From positions 113,110 through 177,109 of the forward strand of contig JBDRBE010000001.1 in NCBI GenBank assembly GCA_043823085.1: a stretch of 64,000 nt of DNA, given 5' to 3'. The first letter of the stretch is position 1. Every line of letters begins with the position of its first letter. The stretch is from Candidatus Levyibacteriota bacterium. GTDB taxonomy: Bacteria > Patescibacteriota > Microgenomatia > Levybacterales > UBA12049. Positions 29,277 to 40,100 of this stretch are shown here, one piece after another. The position numbers and the translations under genes are program-made. The notes beneath the pieces are model-generated. The model ran no database searches. It had not been told where the DNA came from and saw nothing but the letters and a program-made list of their open reading frames with translations.

Positions 29277-31406
29277 CTATTGTTCATGCAAACTGTTAAT
29301 ATATTCTTCCGCATTTTTTACCAAAACATCTCTTGGCTTTGATCCCTCACCATGACCAACAACTCCCATTTCTTCCAACTGATCCAAAACTCTGGCCGCT
29401 CTGGCATAACCTATGGAAAGCCTTCGCTGTAAAAGTGATGCCGAAGCCCTGTCATATTGACAAACAATTCTAACTGCCTCTTCAAAAAACAGATCTCTAC
29501 CGTCTGAAGTAACAGACACTCCGCCTTTTTTAAGCGAAACTTGTTGTTTTGTAACCTCTTCTGTATATTCAACTGCCGGTGATTTTGATTTAAGATAATC
29601 AACTAATTTTTTAACTTCTTTTTCCGAAACAAAAGTTCCCTGAATTCTTGTCGGCTTTGCCTGATCCGGCGGAATATAAAGCATATCTCCTCTACCTAAA
29701 AGCTTTTCCGCTCCGGGCGTATCAAGAATTACTCTTGAATCAATCATCGAGGAAACATTAAAAGCTATTCGGCAAGGAATATTTGCTTTGATAAGCCCTG
29801 TGATAACATCAACCGACGGTCTTTGCGTTGAAACAACCAAATGAATTCCTGTTGCCCTGGCCATTTGCGCCAAACGAGCAATAGCATCTTCGACTTCAAC
29901 AGGAGCAAAAGCCATAAGATCTGCCAATTCATCAACAAAAACAACAATATACGGAAGTGCTTGAAAACCGGAAAGTTCATTATAGGAATCGATGTTTCTC
30001 ACTCCCCTTTCGGCAAATAATTTATACCGTCTGTCCATTTCTCCCAATGCCCATTTTAGAGAAGAAAGAATTTTTTCTACCTCCACAATTACCGGAGTTA
30101 AAAGATGAGGAATTCCATTGTAACCTGTTAATTCAACTCTTTTTGGATCAATCAGGATTAATTTTATTTCCGAAGGAGAAGCTCTAAAAAGAAGAGAAGA
30201 AATAAAAGTATTAATTAAAACAGATTTTCCGCTCCCCGTAGTTCCGGCAATCAAAACATGCGGCATTTTGGCAATATCAACGCATATCGGACTTCCCGAA
30301 ACATCAAGTCCTAGAGCAACTGTTAGTTTAGAACGATTCTTTTGCATCAAATTTGAAGAAAGCATAGTTTTAAGAGTTACAATTTCCAGAGATCTATTTG
30401 GAATTTCAATACCGATTAAACTTCTTCCCGGAATCGGCGCTTCTATTCTAATTTGTCCGGTCGGCGCTTCGGTAGCAAGAGCTAAATCATTGGAAAGAGA
30501 AGTTATTTTGGAAACTTTTGTACCAAGAGCAATATTTAATGCATATTGGGTAACTGCCGGGCCAAGATTAACTTCGGCAACTCTTGCTTCTATGCCAAAA
30601 CTCTGTAAAGTTTTTTCAATAATTGAGGCAATTCTTTTTATGTCTCCTCTGTCTGCTTTTTGTGTTGGCAAATCATTAAGCAAAGACATTTGAGGATATG
30701 TCCAAACGCTGTCAGCCAAAGGATTGCTGACCAGTTTTTCCGAAAGAAGAATTGCTTCTTTTTTAATAATGGGGGGCGGCGGCGTTGAAGCTTGCGATGC
30801 GCCAAAATTTTGCTGTCCTCCTTTTATTGTCATGGGTTTTTCCCGAACAACCATGGGTTTTTTGTTTTTAAAAATGGAAAGAAGCTGTCCGGGAAACAAT
30901 CTGTTAATATTTTGAGAAGCAAAAACAAACATTCTAATAATTTCATCCATTGAAGTATCAAAAAAGACAATAATTCCAATAAAAAGTCCGGCGATAAAAA
31001 CAATGTCGCTTCCAATATTGGTTAAAACTTCAGAAAGTGCATTAGAAATTCCCAACCCTATTTCTCCGCTTTTGGTAAGTCCTATAAAAGAAGTATAAAA
31101 AAGCAAAAACCCCAAAGAGATATTTGGCCTGGAAATAAAAAGCTTTAGTTTTAAAAATAAGAACCCGAGAAGAATTAAAACTAAAGGAAATAAAAATGCC
31201 ATTCCGCCGAATTTTCTTTCCAAAAGATCGGAAATTAAAATAAGATTGTCGCCGGATTTTGAAAAAGATAATAAAAGAAGAGCACCCGCTGATATTAAAC
31301 CTAAGGAAAAAATCGTATAAATTGTTTCTTTACGCAGTTTTAATTTAAATCCTCGTCTTCGATAATGTCTTCGTCTCATATACTCTATTATATAATAATA
31401 GCACAA
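29277..31406 (-). CDS. ftsK: DNA translocase FtsK/SpoIIIE
   Basis: N-terminal transmembrane helices, Walker A AGTTGSGKS, FtsK motor domain, gamma winged-helix. Confidence 0.9.
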   Translation of the reverse strand: MCYYYIIEYMRRRHYRRRGFKLKLRKETIYTIFSLGLISAGALLLLSFSKSGDNLILISDLLERKFGGMAFLFPLVLILLGFLFLKLKLFISRPNISLGFLLFYTSFIGLTKSGEIGLGISNALSEVLTNIGSDIVFIAGLFIGIIVFFDTSMDEIIRMFVFASQNINRLFPGQLLSIFKNKKPMVVREKPMTIKGGQQNFGASQASTPPPPIIKKEAILLSEKLVSNPLADSVWTYPQMSLLNDLPTQKADRGDIKRIASIIEKTLQSFGIEARVAEVNLGPAVTQYALNIALGTKVSKITSLSNDLALATEAPTGQIRIEAPIPGRSLIGIEIPNRSLEIVTLKTMLSSNLMQKNRSKLTVALGLDVSGSPICVDIAKMPHVLIAGTTGSGKSVLINTFISSLLFRASPSEIKLILIDPKRVELTGYNGIPHLLTPVIVEVEKILSSLKWALGEMDRRYKLFAERGVRNIDSYNELSGFQALPYIVVFVDELADLMAFAPVEVEDAIARLAQMARATGIHLVVSTQRPSVDVITGLIKANIPCRIAFNVSSMIDSRVILDTPGAEKLLGRGDMLYIPPDQAKPTRIQGTFVSEKEVKKLVDYLKSKSPAVEYTEEVTKQQVSLKKGGVSVTSDGRDLFFEEAVRIVCQYDRASASLLQRRLSIGYARAARVLDQLEEMGVVGHGEGSKPRDVLVKNAEEYINSLHEQ

Positions 31407-31411
31407 GCAAA

Positions 31412-33064
31412 CTAAACCTCAATAACAACCGGCAGAACCAGGGGGCGGCGGCGAAGCATGCGATAAATTGTGCCCTCTGCAATTTCGCTGATTTGTTTTC
31501 GCACATGAAACCAATTCATTACTCTCCCTTTTTTAATCAAAGGTTTTTTGAGCTCTCTTTCCAACCCTGTGGATAATTTTTTCTGATCGCTTGGAGTAAA
31601 ACCTCGAATAATTATTTGCGGGGTGTTAACAATTCGTCCGGTATCCGATTCTACTTCCAAAACCAAAACTACAATTCCTCCTTCCGAAAGTTTTTGCCTG
31701 TCTCGCAAAACAAAACTTTCCACTTCTTCACCGCTAATTTGGTCAAGATAAACATTTTTAATGGCAATTTTTTCGCCAATTAGCGCCATCTTTCCGAAAA
31801 AATTAACTTTTTGCCCGGTTTCAAGCAAAAAAATATCTTCATCTTTATAGTCCAATCTTTTAGCAAGAGTTTTATAGGCAACCATTTGTCTGTATGTTCC
31901 GCCGATTGGAATAAGTTTTTTGGGTTTTAAAAGAGCTATTAAAAGTGAAAGGTCAAAAGAATAACCATGTCCTGAAACATGAAAATCGTCGCTAATTTGC
32001 GAATAAACAACCTTTGCTCCTTTTTTGGAAATTTCATCAATTAAAGCATTTATAGAAACTTCATTGCCCGGGATTGGGTCAGCCGAAAAAATAACCGTGT
32101 CATCTTTTTCAATTTTTATTTCGCGGAACTCATCCTCCACAATTCTTGTCATTGCCGAATTTTCCTGTCCCTGGCTCCCTGCGACAAAAAGTAAAAGCTG
32201 CCAATCTTTAAAATTTTTAAGCTGTTCTACTCTTATTTCCATGCCTTGGGGAATTTTCATATAGCCCATTTTTTTAGCAACTTCTTTTGTCGAGTTTAGA
32301 GAACGGCCGACAAAACAAACCTTTCTATTCTGTTTTTGCGCAACAGTAATGGCTAAATTTAATCTTGAAATATTTGAAGAATAAGTAGTTACAATAAATT
32401 TTCCTTGTGTCTGCCTCATCTCCTTTTCAAAACTATCCAAAAGTGTTAATTCCGATGGAGTATGTCCTTCTTTTTCCGCTCCCAAACAATCCGAAGCAAG
32501 AAACAGAATATTATTCTGACTAGCTTTGGCAATTTTTTGAAATTCAACACTTTTTCCATCCGAAGGCGTTAAATCAAATTTAAAATCAGAACCATGGTAA
32601 ACATTCCCCAAAGGAGTTCTAATAAAAAGATGCGCGGCATCGGGAACCGAATGAGTAACTCTTATAAAAGAAACTTTAAAAGTTCCAAGCGTTATTTCTC
32701 CTCCGTCAAAAGTGACACTTTTAACCTGATTTGTATTTTTGAATTCTTTTAATTTTTCATTGGCAAAAGCCGCTGTAAGAGGTGTGGCAAAAATTGGAAT
32801 TATTGGAAGTTGTGGAAGAATAAAGGGAAGCGCTCCAATATGATCTTCATGTCCGTGGGTTAAAACCATTCCCGCAATTTTCTTCTTGCTATTTGAAAGA
32901 TAAGAAATATCCGGAAGAAGTAAATCAACTCCTACCATGGTTTCATCGGCAAAACCCAAACCACAATCAATAATGAGTATTTGATTATCGCACTCATATA
33001 AGTACATGTTTTTAGTCACATTTCCAATGCCCCCCAAAGATAAAAATGATAATTGATTTTGCAT
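31412..33064 (-). CDS. rnj: ribonuclease J
   Basis: Metallo-beta-lactamase HxHxDH (THGHEDHIG) plus beta-CASP, 550 aa. Confidence 0.9.
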   Translation of the reverse strand: MQNQLSFLSLGGIGNVTKNMYLYECDNQILIIDCGLGFADETMVGVDLLLPDISYLSNSKKKIAGMVLTHGHEDHIGALPFILPQLPIIPIFATPLTAAFANEKLKEFKNTNQVKSVTFDGGEITLGTFKVSFIRVTHSVPDAAHLFIRTPLGNVYHGSDFKFDLTPSDGKSVEFQKIAKASQNNILFLASDCLGAEKEGHTPSELTLLDSFEKEMRQTQGKFIVTTYSSNISRLNLAITVAQKQNRKVCFVGRSLNSTKEVAKKMGYMKIPQGMEIRVEQLKNFKDWQLLLFVAGSQGQENSAMTRIVEDEFREIKIEKDDTVIFSADPIPGNEVSINALIDEISKKGAKVVYSQISDDFHVSGHGYSFDLSLLIALLKPKKLIPIGGTYRQMVAYKTLAKRLDYKDEDIFLLETGQKVNFFGKMALIGEKIAIKNVYLDQISGEEVESFVLRDRQKLSEGGIVVLVLEVESDTGRIVNTPQIIIRGFTPSDQKKLSTGLERELKKPLIKKGRVMNWFHVRKQISEIAEGTIYRMLRRRPLVLPVVIEV

Positions 33065-33067
33065 AAT

Positions 33068-34180
33068 TTAAGTTGACAAAAATTCTTTAATATTTTCTAC
33101 GCTAACTCGTATTGATTGATTTTTCCCTTCCACAATATCTCTTGCTGTTTTTCGGCAAATTCCTTCAATGGTTCGCTCAAGACTTCTAATCCCCGAGTCA
33201 AATCCAAGCGGCCGAATAATTTGCGGCCAGACCGGCTCGTCAACTGTTAACTGATTTTGTGAAAGTCCAATCATGTTTCTTATTTTAGGAAATAAATAAT
33301 CACGGCCAATAACTGTTTTTTCCGAATCGTTATAGGCTGGCATCTGAAGAATTTCTAACCTATCTAAAACCGCTGTTGAAATATTACTTGTATTATTAGC
33401 CGTTGCAATAAATAAAACCTCCGAAAAATCAAAAGGATAATCAATGTAATGATCCATAAACGCTTTGTTTTGTTCAGCGTCCAAAAGTTCAACCAAAACC
33501 CCCATAACATCGGAGCGCGAATCCTGGGAAATTCTATCAAGTTCATCAAGCAAAATAACGCAATTTTTGCTTTGGGCATGCACTAATTTCTTAATTACAG
33601 ATCCCGGCTCGGCATCGGGAAGGACCTTTGACTGACCGCGTAAAGCTCTTGCGTCTCCCATGCCGCCAAAAGGAATCCTTTCGAATTTTCGACCTAGAGA
33701 CTCTGCAATAGAGGCACCCAATGTTGTTTTTCCGGTTCCGGCCAGACCAACAAGACAAAGAATTGGAGCATGTAAAATTTTCCCGCTTGTTTCTCTTTTT
33801 GCGTTTAAAATAATCGAGGCCAAATACTCAAGAATTCTATCTTTTATACTCATTAATCCATAATGATTTTTGTTCAATATCTCTTTTGCTTTTATTAAAT
33901 CCAAAAGATCTTGTGTTCTTTTTTCCCAAGGCAAATTAAGAATCCAATTAATATAAGATAAGGCTGTTTCGTATTCCATAATATAATTTGGGCCAAGATA
34001 TCCGCTGCTTGCCCGAAGTAAAGCTAATCTTTTAATTCTTTCAATTAGATGTTCACGAAGATCAGAAGGAATTTGTGCCTTTTCAATTCTTTCTCCTAAA
34101 ATTCTTATTTGGTCTGTTGAATCGTCTTCTTTTTTTTGCAAACCGACTGTTTGATTATTTTGAGCAGTGGCAGTATCCAT
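33068..34180 (-). CDS. Lon-family AAA+ ATPase module without protease domain
   Basis: NHYGLMSIKDRILEYLA and Walker A GLAGTGKTTLGASIA align with the Lon AAA+ region. The ORF ends after the AAA+ helical domain; no N-domain or Ser-Lys protease domain is present. Confidence 0.65.
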   Translation of the reverse strand: MDTATAQNNQTVGLQKKEDDSTDQIRILGERIEKAQIPSDLREHLIERIKRLALLRASSGYLGPNYIMEYETALSYINWILNLPWEKRTQDLLDLIKAKEILNKNHYGLMSIKDRILEYLASIILNAKRETSGKILHAPILCLVGLAGTGKTTLGASIAESLGRKFERIPFGGMGDARALRGQSKVLPDAEPGSVIKKLVHAQSKNCVILLDELDRISQDSRSDVMGVLVELLDAEQNKAFMDHYIDYPFDFSEVLFIATANNTSNISTAVLDRLEILQMPAYNDSEKTVIGRDYLFPKIRNMIGLSQNQLTVDEPVWPQIIRPLGFDSGIRSLERTIEGICRKTARDIVEGKNQSIRVSVENIKEFLST

Positions 34181-34243
34181 ACTTTAATAATATAACAAAA
34201 AACAAAATAAAAAAACTAATTGAATTAGAAATTAGAAATTAAT

Positions 34244-36484
34244 CTATCTATTTGGTCTAAAGCGAGAAGACGATGATGGTCTGCGAGGTTTACCTCGGAA
34301 ACTTCCTACTCTTTCTCTTCGAAATTGCATGGATAAAGGATGTTCATGTCTTTCCCCTGTACGTTCTTTAGTTTCAGCATCCTGACCAAATAACATCGAG
34401 AGATTTACCCGCCCTTGTTCGTCTATTTCGACAACTCTGACTTTCACTTTTTGGCCGATTTCTACAACGTCGCTTGGATTTTTAACAAAACCGGTTGTCA
34501 TTTTTGAAACATGAACCATTCCTTCTTTTCCAGGCAATACTTCTATAAAAGCGCCAAAGGGGAGTATTCTTTTAACCTCTCCTTCAAAAGTTTCTCCAAC
34601 AGTTAATTCCCGAGTCATTCCTTTAACCCATTCAATTGCTTTTTTAACAGCGGTTTCATCTGTTCCGGAAACCGTGACTGTTCCATCATCTTCTACATCA
34701 ACGGCCGCGCCGGTTTGAGCAATAATATTTCGAATAACTTTTCCTCCGGGCCCGATAACTTCACCGATTTTTTCAACCGGAATTTTTACAAGTTCAATTT
34801 TTGGCGCAAATTCCGAAACTTCGGTTCTTGATTTGGGTAAGACCTCCTGCATTTTTCCTAAAATAAATGCTCTTCCTGTTTTTGCTTTTTCGATAGTTTC
34901 TTCTATTTGCTTTATTGTTAAACCAGCACTTTTTACATCAAGCTGAATGGCTGTAATTCCCGTATCGGTTCCGGCAACTTTAAAATCCATATCGCCCGAA
35001 AAATCTTCAAGGCCTAAAATATCGGTTAATATTACATATTTTTCATCTTTTGACATCATTCCCATGGCAATTCCTGCTACCAATTTTTCAATTGGAACTC
35101 CCGCATCCATTAAAGCAAGTGTTGATCCGCAAGTTGCCGCCATTGAAGTTGAACCGTTGGAAGAAAGAATTTCCGAAACAACTCGAATTGTATAAGGAAA
35201 TTTTTCCTGTTTTGGAATAACCGGAATAATTGCTCTTTCTGCCAATGCCCCATGACCGATTTCTCTTCTTGAAGGCACTCCCATTCTGCCGGTTTCGCCA
35301 ACAGAATATGGCGGCATTGAATAATGATGAATATATCTTTTGCTTTCTTCTCCCTCGGCCGATTCAATTAATTGCTCCATGCGCGGTGAACCAAGAGTAA
35401 CCACAGTTAGGGCTTGAGTGTCGCCGCGTTGAAAAATTGCCGAGCCATGAGTTCTTGGTAAAATCGAGCAGTGTCCGGAAATTTCTCTAATTTCATCAAC
35501 TTTTCTTCCGTCCGGCCTTTGACCTTTGGTTAAAACATTTTCCCGAATAGCTTTGAATAAAATATATTCTATGGCATTGGCAACTGCTTTTTTGTCAATA
35601 GGACTTTCCGAATTTTCTTTTTGTTCATCTGTAAAAATCCGCTCATGAAGATCTTCGAATGTACTACCTGCAGCCAATGATTCTTTTTGGGCGCGCGATG
35701 GAACTAAAGCTAAAATTTCTGTTTTGTAAGTTTTTTCTATTCTTTGACAAAGCTCTAAAAATTCGCTGTTTTTCGCAACTTCTTCTTTTTTCTGTCCAAC
35801 TGCCTTTGTCCACTCTTCAATTAAAGCAATTATTTTTTCTGTTTGCTCTTTGGCTTTTTTGATTGCATTAAAAAAGATTTCTTCTGAAACTTGTTTTGCG
35901 CCGGCTTCGATCATAATGGTTTTTTCTTTTGTTTGAGAACAAACCACATCCAATTCTGATAATTCGATTTCAGTACTTCCCGGATTAATCAGGTATCCTT
36001 CATTCCCATTATCTCTGACATATCCTACTCTCACACTTCCAACCGGTCCATTCCAGGGAATTTTTGAAATTGCAAGCGCCGAAGATACGGCAATCATCGA
36101 AAGAGTATCCGGCTCATTTTCTCCGTCAACCGATAAAACCGTAACTACGACTTGAACTTCTTTGTTATACTCTTTTGGGAAAAGGGGGCGAATGGAACGG
36201 TCAATTAAACGCGCGGTTAAAATCGAATCATCCGATGGCCTTCCTTCTCTTTTGACCCAGCGGCTTCCTTTTATTCTTCCGCCTGCATAAAGCCTTTCGA
36301 CATATTCAACAGTTAAAGGGAAATAACCCAAATCTTCTCTGACTTTTCCTTCAACAACAGTTGCCAAAACCATTGTATCGCCAAGTCTTGCCAAAACAGA
36401 TGAGGTTGCGTATTTAGCAAGTTCTCCGGTTTCAAGAGTTAGTGTTTTTCCACCTAGTTCTAAAGTAGTTTTATTTTTATTCAT
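34244..36484 (-). CDS. pnp: polyribonucleotide nucleotidyltransferase
   Basis: Two RNase PH domains plus KH and S1 domains, 746 aa. Confidence 0.95.
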   Translation of the reverse strand: MNKNKTTLELGGKTLTLETGELAKYATSSVLARLGDTMVLATVVEGKVREDLGYFPLTVEYVERLYAGGRIKGSRWVKREGRPSDDSILTARLIDRSIRPLFPKEYNKEVQVVVTVLSVDGENEPDTLSMIAVSSALAISKIPWNGPVGSVRVGYVRDNGNEGYLINPGSTEIELSELDVVCSQTKEKTIMIEAGAKQVSEEIFFNAIKKAKEQTEKIIALIEEWTKAVGQKKEEVAKNSEFLELCQRIEKTYKTEILALVPSRAQKESLAAGSTFEDLHERIFTDEQKENSESPIDKKAVANAIEYILFKAIRENVLTKGQRPDGRKVDEIREISGHCSILPRTHGSAIFQRGDTQALTVVTLGSPRMEQLIESAEGEESKRYIHHYSMPPYSVGETGRMGVPSRREIGHGALAERAIIPVIPKQEKFPYTIRVVSEILSSNGSTSMAATCGSTLALMDAGVPIEKLVAGIAMGMMSKDEKYVILTDILGLEDFSGDMDFKVAGTDTGITAIQLDVKSAGLTIKQIEETIEKAKTGRAFILGKMQEVLPKSRTEVSEFAPKIELVKIPVEKIGEVIGPGGKVIRNIIAQTGAAVDVEDDGTVTVSGTDETAVKKAIEWVKGMTRELTVGETFEGEVKRILPFGAFIEVLPGKEGMVHVSKMTTGFVKNPSDVVEIGQKVKVRVVEIDEQGRVNLSMLFGQDAETKERTGERHEHPLSMQFRRERVGSFRGKPRRPSSSSRFRPNR

Positions 36485-36525
36485 TCAATCTTTCGTTCTT
36501 TCGCAGTAAATTCTTGCAGTTTATT

Positions 36526-36789
36526 TTATAATCCAATCTTCCTTGCAATACCTGCGGCGCGCTCTTTATCTATTTTTTTCAAAAAATTAATTAATCTTCT
36601 TCTTTTTGCAATCATGGACAAAAGTCCTCTCCTACTATGAACATCGTGAGCATGTGCTTTTAAATGGTCCGTTAGGCGATCTATTCTTGTTGTTAAAAGC
36701 GCAACCTGAACTTCTGGGCTTCCTGTATCGCCGTCAGCAGTTTTAAATTCTTTAATAATTGCCTGCTTTTGTTTTGTACTAAGCGCCAT
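36526..36789 (-). CDS. rpsO: 30S ribosomal protein S15
   Basis: 87 aa, typical S15; immediately upstream of pnp. Confidence 0.9.
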   Translation of the reverse strand: MALSTKQKQAIIKEFKTADGDTGSPEVQVALLTTRIDRLTDHLKAHAHDVHSRRGLLSMIAKRRRLINFLKKIDKERAAGIARKIGL

Positions 36790-36867
36790 ATAAAATTATA
36801 ACACAAAAGATTATACCATGAAAAGAGTCTGGCTACAAGTGATCCTTTTGGGGCAAGGGGGGATTAA

Positions 36868-37377
36868 TTATCTTTTTTCTCTTCCCATAAATAATCCATG
36901 CTCCAATGCACTTTCGGTCAACCATTCATTTACTACATCAGTGACAGAATTACATCTCCTAAAATCAAATCCTCTAGGGAATTGAAATGTGTTTTCTTCT
37001 ATGCATTTTTCTCTTTCTTCGGGTGCAAAGGAAATATGTTTAAAAAGATCCGGAGCTCTGGTAAATAATTTATTTTGTACTCTTTTTACGTTTTTTGGAG
37101 ATCCACAAATGGTAACATCATGTTCCAAACTTCCTCCCATCACTGCGGCTTCATTTTCAACCAAACAACCATGGACACGATATGTGGAAATCTCGGAAAC
37201 AATTCCTTTAATGGGGTTTTCTTTTTCTCCTTCAACTTTTTTACCAAGTTCCGCAATAACTCCCTCTACGTCTTGTACATTTTTTTTGAGTTCTTCTTCT
37301 GTTGCTCCAAGTACGGTTGAGTTTCGAAAAGTTATTTTTTGTATTGTAATTTTCCCAAAGGGCCACATAGACGACAA
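36868..37377 (-). CDS. hypothetical protein (169 aa)
   Basis: ORF only. Confidence 0.4.
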   Translation of the reverse strand: MSSMWPFGKITIQKITFRNSTVLGATEEELKKNVQDVEGVIAELGKKVEGEKENPIKGIVSEISTYRVHGCLVENEAAVMGGSLEHDVTICGSPKNVKRVQNKLFTRAPDLFKHISFAPEEREKCIEENTFQFPRGFDFRRCNSVTDVVNEWLTESALEHGLFMGREKR

Positions 37378-37401
37378 TTATAGCTTTTTCTAAAAACTAA
37401 A

Positions 37402-37468
37402 TCAAGCTATAGGATAAAAAATAGCAAATATTGCACCTCGGCTTCCTTCGGCGCAATTGGGAGTTTTA
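37402..37468 (+). repeat. intergenic repeat family copy (partial)
   Basis: Shares caagctatagg, gcacctcggc and gcaattgggagtttt blocks with copies at 39.2, 40.1 and 41.5 kb. Confidence 0.5.
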
Positions 37469-37479
37469 GTAGAAAATTA

Positions 37480-38274
37480 TCAGGGGTTATTCTTTTTCCT
37501 GTAATCTAATCTCCACTTTTCCTTTACTCGGAATTTTCTTATTTCATCCATGTCAAAACTTGCAAGGAAAATTCCTTCTTTCTCATCTGCTTGGATTATT
37601 TTTGTACTTTGAGATTTACCATTTTCGTCCCAAGCGATAGGATGATACGCGCTTGATTGTCCGTTATTTTTTGGACTTGGATAATTTGCCATAGCAATTC
37701 CAACTAAATTTTCAAATGCCCTAACTTTTAAAATATCTTTTCTAATCTCATCCCAGGTGCATGAATTAGGAACTACTATTAATTCTGCCCCTTTTAACAT
37801 TAATTGCGTTGCGGCTTCCGGAAATTCCCTATCCGCGCAAATCATAGCACCTATTTCTACTTCTCCCTGGGCTCCATTAATTTTACAGACTGAAAATTCA
37901 TTGCCAGGAGAACAATTACGATCTGTACCTTCTTGGAAATTACAAATAAAAACTTTTGAATAATCAAGAACAACTTCTCCGTTTTTATTTATAATTGAAA
38001 CTGAATTCTTTGGCTTTGGAGAATTTTTTTCTAAATAAGTTATTGCGATATTAATCGACAAATCCTTTGCTAACTTTACAAAACTTTGGAAAAAATTACT
38101 TTGTTGGTCTATTGCCGTACCATCTTCATACCCGGTATTCCATATTTCAGGAAATAAAACTAAATCTACTCCCAATTCTTTTGCCTTTTTGCAATATTCA
38201 ATTCCCTTTTCTAAATTTTTATTTTGGTCAGAACCGTTTGGAAGAATTTGAAGAAGTGCAACATTAAACTTCAT
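37480..38274 (-). CDS. carbon-nitrogen hydrolase (nitrilase superfamily)
   Basis: E-K-C triad context (FPE..., GAMICADREFPE), 264 aa. Confidence 0.75.
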   Translation of the reverse strand: MKFNVALLQILPNGSDQNKNLEKGIEYCKKAKELGVDLVLFPEIWNTGYEDGTAIDQQSNFFQSFVKLAKDLSINIAITYLEKNSPKPKNSVSIINKNGEVVLDYSKVFICNFQEGTDRNCSPGNEFSVCKINGAQGEVEIGAMICADREFPEAATQLMLKGAELIVVPNSCTWDEIRKDILKVRAFENLVGIAMANYPSPKNNGQSSAYHPIAWDENGKSQSTKIIQADEKEGIFLASFDMDEIRKFRVKEKWRLDYRKKNNP

Positions 38275-38425
38275 TACATGTAGATTTTACACCCTCGGCC
38301 CGTTCGATTCAACTCAGAATAAATATGTTCAAGGCAAAGGGGTATTTTTCTCACTTTTACACCATAGTCACCACTATCTTAGTATTTGACACACTATTTG
38401 TTTTTATTATATCATCAAGGACTAA

Positions 38426-39172
38426 ATGAATCTAAAAGAATCCGACAAACTATTTGCCATAAGATGCACTCTTGCTGCTGCCTTACTTGCAGTTTCTGCA
38501 CCAGTATATATAGATCCAGATAATGCAATACGAGTAAAGAAAGCTTTGTTAGGTAATCCAGTAGACTGCGGGAACGGTATAGAGGCGCAAAACAAAGATT
38601 ATCCTTTTGACGCAATTGTTGTTCCCGGAGCTGGAAGAGTTAAAAAAGCCGATGGGACTTTCGAGCCAAATTATACCCAAAAAATACGGCTCGAAGCTGC
38701 TGCTTTTGCTTATTCAAAGAGATTTGCACCGCTAATAATTCTACTCAACGGAAAAAGAGAGGAAGGTGAATCAGAAGGAAAAAAATATTTAGAAAATAGA
38801 GTCGAAGAATTAACGGAAGGCACTGCAATAATCCCCGATAAGAGAATTTTAACAGAAGAAAACTCCATCAATACCGCTACCAATATGGAAGAATTGGTAA
38901 AGATCGCAAAGAAGAGAAATTTAAAAAAAGTTTTAATCGTAACAAATAAGAATCACCTTGCCAGAGCAACCTTACTTGCCTGCGCAAATGGAGTTGCCGC
39001 ATCTTCTAAATCTGCTGAAGAATTACTTGTTGAGCAAAACTCCGGGCATGCAAACATCATCTCTGATTCTAGTTCGGAACAGGCGAAAGAACTCGCTGAA
39101 GTAGTATTGATTGCCTGGGATCCCAAAGGGAAATTCCCAACCTGGGTTAAAAGACTTCTACACAATCGCTAA
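38426..39172 (+). CDS. DUF218 (YdcF/SanA-like) domain protein
   Basis: DAIVVPGAG...LIVTNKNHLARA pattern of DUF218. Confidence 0.55.
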   Translation: MNLKESDKLFAIRCTLAAALLAVSAPVYIDPDNAIRVKKALLGNPVDCGNGIEAQNKDYPFDAIVVPGAGRVKKADGTFEPNYTQKIRLEAAAFAYSKRFAPLIILLNGKREEGESEGKKYLENRVEELTEGTAIIPDKRILTEENSINTATNMEELVKIAKKRNLKKVLIVTNKNHLARATLLACANGVAASSKSAEELLVEQNSGHANIISDSSSEQAKELAEVVLIAWDPKGKFPTWVKRLLHNR

Positions 39173-39231
39173 GGAGACTCTTCTTTTTGGTGAAATTGTA
39201 GCTATTAATAAGAGTTCCGATCAAATTTTAT

Positions 39232-39324
39232 ACCTTCGGCTGTGTTCAATGCAGGCTATAGTGATGAGCACTTCGGCCATGTTCAGTGTTATAACTTGTC
39301 GAACCAGGGCTTTTGGGGATTTAT
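39232..39324 (+). repeat. intergenic repeat family copy
   Basis: ttcaatgcaggctatagtgatgagc...gtcgaaccagggcttttggggatt; overlaps the 3' end of the minus gene 39321..40007. Confidence 0.55.
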
Positions 39325-40007
39325 TGTACCAGCTCAAGTGAATCAATATTTAACCCTGCCATATTACCTGCTGTTCCCCAGAAACCTTTAACATTTTTTA
39401 CTTTTTTATCCAAGAAGGGTTCCAGGTTAACTTTACTTTCTCCAACTGTAACCCTAAAAAAGTTAATTTGATTTGGATTTTCCATAAAAACATCTTTTCC
39501 TGTATATTCAACGCAAAACTCATTATAATTGTCACTTGGATATCTATCTTTCATTAAATCAACCATATTCCCCTGCCCGCCGGGACAAGCACGAGTAATT
39601 TTATATTCACCTTGCGAGTTATCCAGCGGAAAAAATTGCGGACTAGCATCATTGAATAAAGACCTAAAAATCAAAAAAGAAATTACAATTATGGCTACAG
39701 CCGTCAAAAAAGAAAATATAGGAAAGATTGTCGGAAAAGGTTTTTGAAAATTAACAATATTTTTTCCTCTGAGAACCTTTCTAAAATTTCGTGCTAGGGT
39801 AAAAAGCATAAAAATTAAAACTAAGACCAAAACTATAACCTGAATTGTACTCGGTATTACAGATTCAAGAGGAGGTTTACCAGAGTGGCTTATAGGAAAA
39901 AGGTAGAAAAAGAAAGCAGGGCCCATTAGGAAAAAATCAAAAAGCAGGGCTGGAATTGTTAAAAGTGGAATAAATAAAAAAAGGAAACCTTCAATAATTT
40001 TTCGCAT
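39321..40007 (-). CDS. hypothetical membrane protein (228 aa)
   Basis: Several transmembrane helices plus a Cys-containing C-terminal domain. Confidence 0.45.
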   Translation of the reverse strand: MRKIIEGFLFLFIPLLTIPALLFDFFLMGPAFFFYLFPISHSGKPPLESVIPSTIQVIVLVLVLIFMLFTLARNFRKVLRGKNIVNFQKPFPTIFPIFSFLTAVAIIVISFLIFRSLFNDASPQFFPLDNSQGEYKITRACPGGQGNMVDLMKDRYPSDNYNEFCVEYTGKDVFMENPNQINFFRVTVGESKVNLEPFLDKKVKNVKGFWGTAGNMAGLNIDSLELVQ

Positions 40008-40100
40008 TAATTAAAGCATACATCTTGAAAAAACAAAAACCAAGATTATAAGGATACAGAAAAAATGCTGCCTTTGCCAATTTTCTTTCAACTCGACTAG

